A stretch of DNA of 64,000 bases. Source: a bacterium. GTDB taxonomy: Bacteria > UBA8248. The stretch spans positions 2,400,001 to 2,464,000 of the forward strand of contig OZ241875.1 in assembly GCA_965203325.1 (NCBI GenBank). The letters run 5' to 3'. The stretch's first letter is position 1, and every line of letters starts with the position of its first letter. The notes beneath the pieces were generated by a model. The model was not told where the DNA came from and ran no database searches. It saw only the letters and a list, made by a program, of their open reading frames with translations. The translations under genes and the position numbers were made by a program. Shown piece by piece: positions 58,987 through 64,000 of the stretch.

Positions 58987-60516
58987 TTAGTTCATGCCGA
59001 GCACTCCGATCTCCCAGGGGAGAAGCGTCTCGTCGTGGCGCGGGATCCATTTCAGGTTCGAACCATGGCCGAGCACGTCGTGGATTTTCACGACGATCTT
59101 GTGCGTGACCAGTTTTTTCATCAAGTCGGTTACGCCTTCGAACGCCATCTGCTGTTTTTTCGGGTCGACGGTAGCCGTGGCCGCATCGATCGCCTTATCC
59201 AGCTCCGGGTAGCACATGCCGCTCCAGGGGCCCTTGCAGCTCGACGTTCCGCGAAGCACGGAAGTGGAGTCGCCCTGGCCGTTGCCGAAGCCCATGTAAT
59301 AGGCGGCGGCGCCCTTTTTCTTGCCGGCCTTGTAGGCGCGGTGTAGCTTCTTGAAGAGCGGGAAGCGCTGGGAGTTACACGTGGCGTTCACGCCGACTTT
59401 CTTGACCATCCCGGCGATGGCCTCACACGTGGCCTTGTCGCCCGGGTAGCGGCCGTTCGTGGCGATGACTTCCATCTTGAAGCCCTTTTCGTAGCCGGCT
59501 TCCTTCAAGAGGGCCTTCGCCTTGGCCGGGTCGTAGCCATACCACTTTTTCTTGGGGTTGTAGCCCGAGTAGTTCCAGGGGTGGAGCATCTGACCGAACA
59601 GGTCCGCGCGTCCGCCCAGGATGGTCGTGCGAATCGCTTCGGCGTCGATGGCGTAGTTGATCGCCTGGCGCACCTTGACGTTGGCCATCGGGCCGCCGTG
59701 TCTCGTGAAGAATCCCATGTGCATGATGCGCACGGCGGGGACGACGGCGACTTTTGTCTTCGGGTTTTTCTCGAGCTGGGGGATGAACTGCGGCATGATG
59801 CCCCAGGCCACGTCGATCTCGCCCGCCTGAAGCGCCTTGGCGCGCGTGGCGCTCTCGCGGATGCGGCGGAGGACGATGCGTTGCGGCCTTTTGGGGAAGT
59901 TCTTGTTGTTCCACCAGTTCGGGTTCGCGTCGAACACCATCTTCTGGCCCTTGGTCCAGGATTTGAGGACATAGGGACCCGTGCCGTAGGTGTTGCGCGA
60001 GATGTGGGCGAGTTCCATGCCCTTGGTTTTCAGGCTGATGGGGCCGGCCCAGCGGGTCAGGCGGTTCCACATGCCGCCATCGGGTTCTCTGTTGTGATAG
60101 ATGAAGGTATGGTCGTCGACGACTTCTATTTTATCGATGTTTTTGAAGTATTGCCTTTGCCGCGCGGACTTCATGATGCGGCTGATGGTGTACTTGAAGC
60201 TCTCCGCCGTGAAGGGTGAGCCGTCCGAGAACTTGACGCCTTTTCTCAGTTGGAACTTCCACTTCAGGGGGCCGAGTTGGGTCCACTTGGTGGCGAGCCA
60301 TGGCTTTTTCTCGCCCGTTCCGGTCTCGGCGTGAAGAAGGGTATCGTAGCTCCAACGCCAGACCATCGCGCCGACGAAGTTCGAGACGCGGTGCGGGTCC
60401 ATTGTCGGTGGTTCGCCCGAGAGGGCGATGGTGACGGTGCTTTTCGCGTCAGCCGTCACGGGCGCGCCCATCGCCAGAATGGCGAAGACGGCCAGGATTA
60501 CGAGAAACTTCCGCAT
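58987..60516 (-). CDS. Family 5 ABC substrate-binding protein, copy 2
   Basis: Same length and long identical stretches relative to copy 1. Confidence 0.93.
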   Translation of the reverse strand: MRKFLVILAVFAILAMGAPVTADAKSTVTIALSGEPPTMDPHRVSNFVGAMVWRWSYDTLLHAETGTGEKKPWLATKWTQLGPLKWKFQLRKGVKFSDGSPFTAESFKYTISRIMKSARQRQYFKNIDKIEVVDDHTFIYHNREPDGGMWNRLTRWAGPISLKTKGMELAHISRNTYGTGPYVLKSWTKGQKMVFDANPNWWNNKNFPKRPQRIVLRRIRESATRAKALQAGEIDVAWGIMPQFIPQLEKNPKTKVAVVPAVRIMHMGFFTRHGGPMANVKVRQAINYAIDAEAIRTTILGGRADLFGQMLHPWNYSGYNPKKKWYGYDPAKAKALLKEAGYEKGFKMEVIATNGRYPGDKATCEAIAGMVKKVGVNATCNSQRFPLFKKLHRAYKAGKKKGAAAYYMGFGNGQGDSTSVLRGTSSCKGPWSGMCYPELDKAIDAATATVDPKKQQMAFEGVTDLMKKLVTHKIVVKIHDVLGHGSNLKWIPRHDETLLPWEIGVLGMN

Positions 60517-60781
60517 AGGTTTTCCTCCTTTAAGGAATAGAGCAGGTCATAAAACCTGCTCCGGTGAAGATGAAAACACCTCTTGAATTTCTGAGAGTGT
60601 CAAGTAGTTTGTCTGCCCTTGTATTTGAGAAAATTATCACGGATGCGAATCAAGGGTCAAAGCTCGGGGCGGTTGATCCGCCACAAAGTTTCCTTGTGAA
60701 CGCGCAAGCGTTGCGTGTATGTTCTCCGCATCGCAAAACGACTTGCTATGTGAATGGATTCAACCTGGGAGGAGACTTTTC

Positions 60782-61954
60782 ATGTCGGAGAACATCATCG
60801 GTTCGTGGTTTCGATATTTCCCGGAGCACTATCTCTGGTCGCAGTTGATGAGCGGGCAGATCAACATCGCCGCGATGGGGGGATCGAACTTTCACGAAAT
60901 CGATCAGATCGGAAAACGCCTGAGCGGACGGGCGGGCGACGCCGAAGCCTGGCACGATGCCTGGTCCTGGATGTCTGACAAGACGCTCGCCCGCGCGGAG
61001 GATGAGGAGCGAAAGGGCCACACGCGCACCGCCATGGCGGCCTACGTGCGGAGCGCAATTTACCGCTACGCGAGCGAGCGCTTCGTCCACCCCGACGATC
61101 CGAGAAAATCCGAATCCTATAGAAAACTCCTGCCCCACTACGAGAAGGGGATGAAATACCGCGTGCCCGGGTTCGAGCGCGCCGACGTTCCCTACGAGGA
61201 AGGCCCCCTGGCGGCATACCTCCTTCCGCCCAAAAACCCGACGGGCAACGATCCTTACGTCGCATTCTTCGACGGGCTGGACGGCTCCAAGGAGATTACC
61301 GTTCTGTGGGGCGCGCTTGCTTTGATAGAGCGAGGCGTCGGGGTGCTCTGCGTGGACGGACCGGGACAGGGCGAGACGCTCAGGCTCGGGAAGATACCTA
61401 GCCGCCCGGATTACGAGGTGGCGGGAACTGCTGCGTTCGATTTTCTGGATGCGCGACCCGAGGTGGATTCTGGGCGGATCGGATTGATGGCCATGAGCAT
61501 GGGCGGCTACTACGCCCCGCGCATCGCCGCCTTCGAGCACCGCTACGCGGCGTGCCTCACCTGGGGGGCGCATTTCGATTACCACGAGGTCTGGGTGCAC
61601 AGGAGACAAGTGCTCGAAAGCGGCGGCACCATCTCCTCCTCGGCCATCTGGCAACTGCCCTGGGTGCTCGGGACGCCGGACATGGATTCCGCGATGGAAA
61701 AATGCAGGGCGTATACCCTGGCGGGCGTCGCCGAGAAGATACGCATGCCCATCTGCATCACACACGGGCAGGACGACAACATCGTGCCGGTCGAGATGGC
61801 CCACAGGCTCTATGAGGCTTGCGGCTCCGAGGAGAAGGAGCTCAAGATTTTCACCGTCGAGGACGGCGGCAGCCAGCACTGCGTGTTCGACAACCTGCCG
61901 ATGTGCGGTGAGTGGATTGCGGACTGGTGGATGGACAGGTTCGGTACGGCGTAG
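60782..61954 (+). CDS. Alpha/beta hydrolase, paralogue of 18378-19553
   Basis: 'WFRYFPEHY.WS', 'FDGLD..KE', 'DGPGQGE', 'MSMGGYYAPR', 'GGSQHC'; GGAGGAG SD. Confidence 0.88.
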   Translation: MSENIIGSWFRYFPEHYLWSQLMSGQINIAAMGGSNFHEIDQIGKRLSGRAGDAEAWHDAWSWMSDKTLARAEDEERKGHTRTAMAAYVRSAIYRYASERFVHPDDPRKSESYRKLLPHYEKGMKYRVPGFERADVPYEEGPLAAYLLPPKNPTGNDPYVAFFDGLDGSKEITVLWGALALIERGVGVLCVDGPGQGETLRLGKIPSRPDYEVAGTAAFDFLDARPEVDSGRIGLMAMSMGGYYAPRIAAFEHRYAACLTWGAHFDYHEVWVHRRQVLESGGTISSSAIWQLPWVLGTPDMDSAMEKCRAYTLAGVAEKIRMPICITHGQDDNIVPVEMAHRLYEACGSEEKELKIFTVEDGGSQHCVFDNLPMCGEWIADWWMDRFGTA

Positions 61955-62027
61955 GACTGCTTTTTCGGGCGGGGGTTTCCTGATTCGGAGACCTCCGCCT
62001 TTATCTTGTTCCCATAAGGAGAAGAAA

Positions 62028-62435
62028 ATGGCGGAAGAAACCAGAGAGGAAAAGGTAAAGCGGATTACGGAGAAGATTCATGGCGACCGGGGGTTCGTGT
62101 ACGACGTGCTCGGCTTCGGCGCGCAGTTGGACCCGGATTATTTCGAGATCTACTCGCAGATGCACTGGGGGTTTTTCAAGGAAGAGCCGCGGCATCTGGA
62201 ACCCAAGACGCGCGAACTCATCGAAATCGGCCTGCTCGCCTTCAAGGGCATGAAGCACGAGGTCTACACCCACACGAAAAAGGCCTTGCGCCTGGGCGCG
62301 ACGATGGAAGAGGCGCTCGAGGCGTTCGAGGTGGCGAGCATCGGCGGCGGCGCGCCCGTGCTGATGGAGGGCCTCTACGCGCTCAAGCGCATCGCCGACG
62401 AGCAGGCCGAAGAGGAAAAAGCGAAATCCGGCTGA
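62028..62435 (+). CDS. Carboxymuconolactone decarboxylase family protein
   Basis: 'LEPKTRELI', 'HTKKALRLGAT.EE..EA', 'GGAP'. Confidence 0.85.
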   Translation: MAEETREEKVKRITEKIHGDRGFVYDVLGFGAQLDPDYFEIYSQMHWGFFKEEPRHLEPKTRELIEIGLLAFKGMKHEVYTHTKKALRLGATMEEALEAFEVASIGGGAPVLMEGLYALKRIADEQAEEEKAKSG

Positions 62436-62520
62436 GTGTTGGCCTCAGGCGGCGATTTGTGAGAATCTTGGGCCTTCCGATGCGAAAAATCTCATTCTCC
62501 CACTCGAAGGAGAACACCTT

Positions 62521-63489
62521 TTGTCTGAAGAAAAAGCGCCTTTGAGCGATGAGCGCAAGCAGGCGATGTACCGCGACATGCTGCGCATACGCCGCTTCGA
62601 AGAGACGGCGTTCGAGTTGTTCGAGCAAGGCGAGGTCGTGGGCGGCATCCACGTGAGCATCGGCCAGGAGGGCTGCTCGGTCGGTGCTTGCAGCACGCTC
62701 CGGGATGACGATGCGATTCTCACCACCCACCGGGGCCACGGCCATTCCATCGCCAAGGGAACGCGCCTGCCCGAGATGATGGCGGAACTCCTGGGCAAGG
62801 CAACCGGGCTTTGCCATGCCAAGGGCGGCTCCATGCACATCGCCGACGTGTCGAAGGGACACTACGGGGCGCACTCCATCGTGGGTTCGAACATGCCCAT
62901 GGGGGTGGGCATCGGCCTCGCATTTCATTTCGAGGGCAAGGGCCAGGTGGCGGTCGTCTTTTTCGGTGACGGTGCGGCGAACGAGGGCAGCTTCCATGAG
63001 TCGATGAACCTGGCCGCGATATGGAAGCTCCCCGTCATCTTCTTTTGCGAGAACAACCATTTCGCCTCGAGCACCCGGGTGGGCTACGCCACTTCGGTGG
63101 CGGACATCAGCGCGCGGGCGGCGGGATACGACATGCCCGGCGTGACGGTGGACGGCATGGACGTGCTGGCGGTCCACGAGGTGATGGCCGAGGCCGTGGG
63201 CCGCGCGAGAACGGGTCTGGGACCCAGCCTGATCGAAGCGAAGACATACCGCTATTTCGGTCATTCGAGAAAAGACCCCCAGTTCGGACCGTACCGGACA
63301 GAAGAAGAGTGGAACGAGTGGAAGGCGAAAGACCCCCTCCTCGTGGCGGAGGGGATACTCGGCGTGAGTGAGGCGCAGAAAAGAACGCATGGGGAAGCGG
63401 TGGAGAACGAGTTGCGGGATGCGCTCGCCTTCGCGCGGCAAAGCCCTGAGCCTAAGCCCGAAGAAGTGTATGAGGATCTCTATGCCTGA
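62521..63489 (+). CDS. TPP-dependent 2-oxoacid/acetoin dehydrogenase E1 alpha subunit
   Basis: 'GQEG', 'THRGHGH', 'KGGSMH', 'FGDGA.NEG..HESMN', 'ENN', 'TYRYFGHS..D'. Confidence 0.95.
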   Translation: MSEEKAPLSDERKQAMYRDMLRIRRFEETAFELFEQGEVVGGIHVSIGQEGCSVGACSTLRDDDAILTTHRGHGHSIAKGTRLPEMMAELLGKATGLCHAKGGSMHIADVSKGHYGAHSIVGSNMPMGVGIGLAFHFEGKGQVAVVFFGDGAANEGSFHESMNLAAIWKLPVIFFCENNHFASSTRVGYATSVADISARAAGYDMPGVTVDGMDVLAVHEVMAEAVGRARTGLGPSLIEAKTYRYFGHSRKDPQFGPYRTEEEWNEWKAKDPLLVAEGILGVSEAQKRTHGEAVENELRDALAFARQSPEPKPEEVYEDLYA

Positions 63490-64000
63490 GGTGAAGACGC
63501 GCACCATTTCGTATGCGGCGGCGATCAACGAGGCGCTCCACGAGGAGATGGCGCGCGATGAGAAGGTGTTCCTGATGGGCGAGGACGTCGCGCTCTCCGC
63601 CATCTCGCCCGCCACGGCGGGTCTGGGCGACAGGTTCGGCCCCGAGCGGGTGCGCAACACGCCCATCAGCGAACTCGGTTTCACCGGAGCGGCCGTAGGC
63701 GCCGCGATGGCGGGCTACCGGCCCGTGCTCGACATGCGGCGCATCGATTTCATGATGCTGGCCATCGACCCCATCGCGAACCAGGCGGCCAAGCTGCGCT
63801 ACATGCTCGGCGGGCAGGTGAGCGTGCCCCTGGTAATCCGTGCGCCCGAGGGCGGCTACTCCCAGAACGGCCCCACGCACAGCCAGTGCCTCGAGGCCTG
63901 GTTCATCCAGGTGCCGGGCCTGCGCGTCATCGTGCCGAGCGACCCCGCCGATGTGAAGGGGCTTCTGAAATCCGCCATCAGGGAAGACAATCCGGTCCTG
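63482..64000 (+). CDS. TPP-dependent dehydrogenase E1 beta subunit (3'-truncated by window edge)
   Basis: MPEVKTRTISYAAAINEALHEEMARDEKVFLMGEDV..., 'RVRNTPISE.GF', 'NQAAK..YM.GG', 'HSQ'; absent from the ORF track because no stop is reached. Confidence 0.93.
   Translation, partial: MPEVKTRTISYAAAINEALHEEMARDEKVFLMGEDVALSAISPATAGLGDRFGPERVRNTPISELGFTGAAVGAAMAGYRPVLDMRRIDFMMLAIDPIANQAAKLRYMLGGQVSVPLVIRAPEGGYSQNGPTHSQCLEAWFIQVPGLRVIVPSDPADVKGLLKSAIREDNPVL

Overview
GC-rich bacterial chromosome segment, mostly catabolic, transport and housekeeping genes. It holds an M20/NitT-ABC/Rid/AtuA-like operon, a tripartite tricarboxylate transporter, an amidase, engB, nfo, trxB, an orphan nuoI, pncB, peptide ABC components, a split F1Fo atp operon (b', b, delta, alpha, gamma, beta, epsilon) and a TPP-dependent E1 alpha/beta pair. 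The ORF track misses two probable selenoproteins, each broken at an in-frame TGA inside a redox motif and followed by a bacterial SECIS-like hairpin: an AhpD/CMD protein (CxxU, 7181-7834) and a glutaredoxin (UxxC, 26080-26325) directly upstream of trxB. Two AT-rich islands carry uncharacterised modules. One is a convergent pair of a conserved unknown protein and a wHTH/Panacea-like-DUF488 fusion. The other is a stand-alone proteasome-beta-like Ntn hydrolase translationally coupled to a 56-aa ORF. Other accessory features are a multi-Cache-domain autotransporter with a 1005-bp internal duplication, a GAF-PAS-HK-REC-wHTH one-polypeptide regulator, GTAG/CGTC REP clusters, two structured intergenic regions and a ~2-kb tandem duplication of a solute-binding protein gene. 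No rRNA, tRNA, CRISPR array or intact transposase/integrase was seen. Gene content is reminiscent of a marine, possibly sponge-associated, Nitrospinota/Deltaproteobacteria-like organism; this is inference only.
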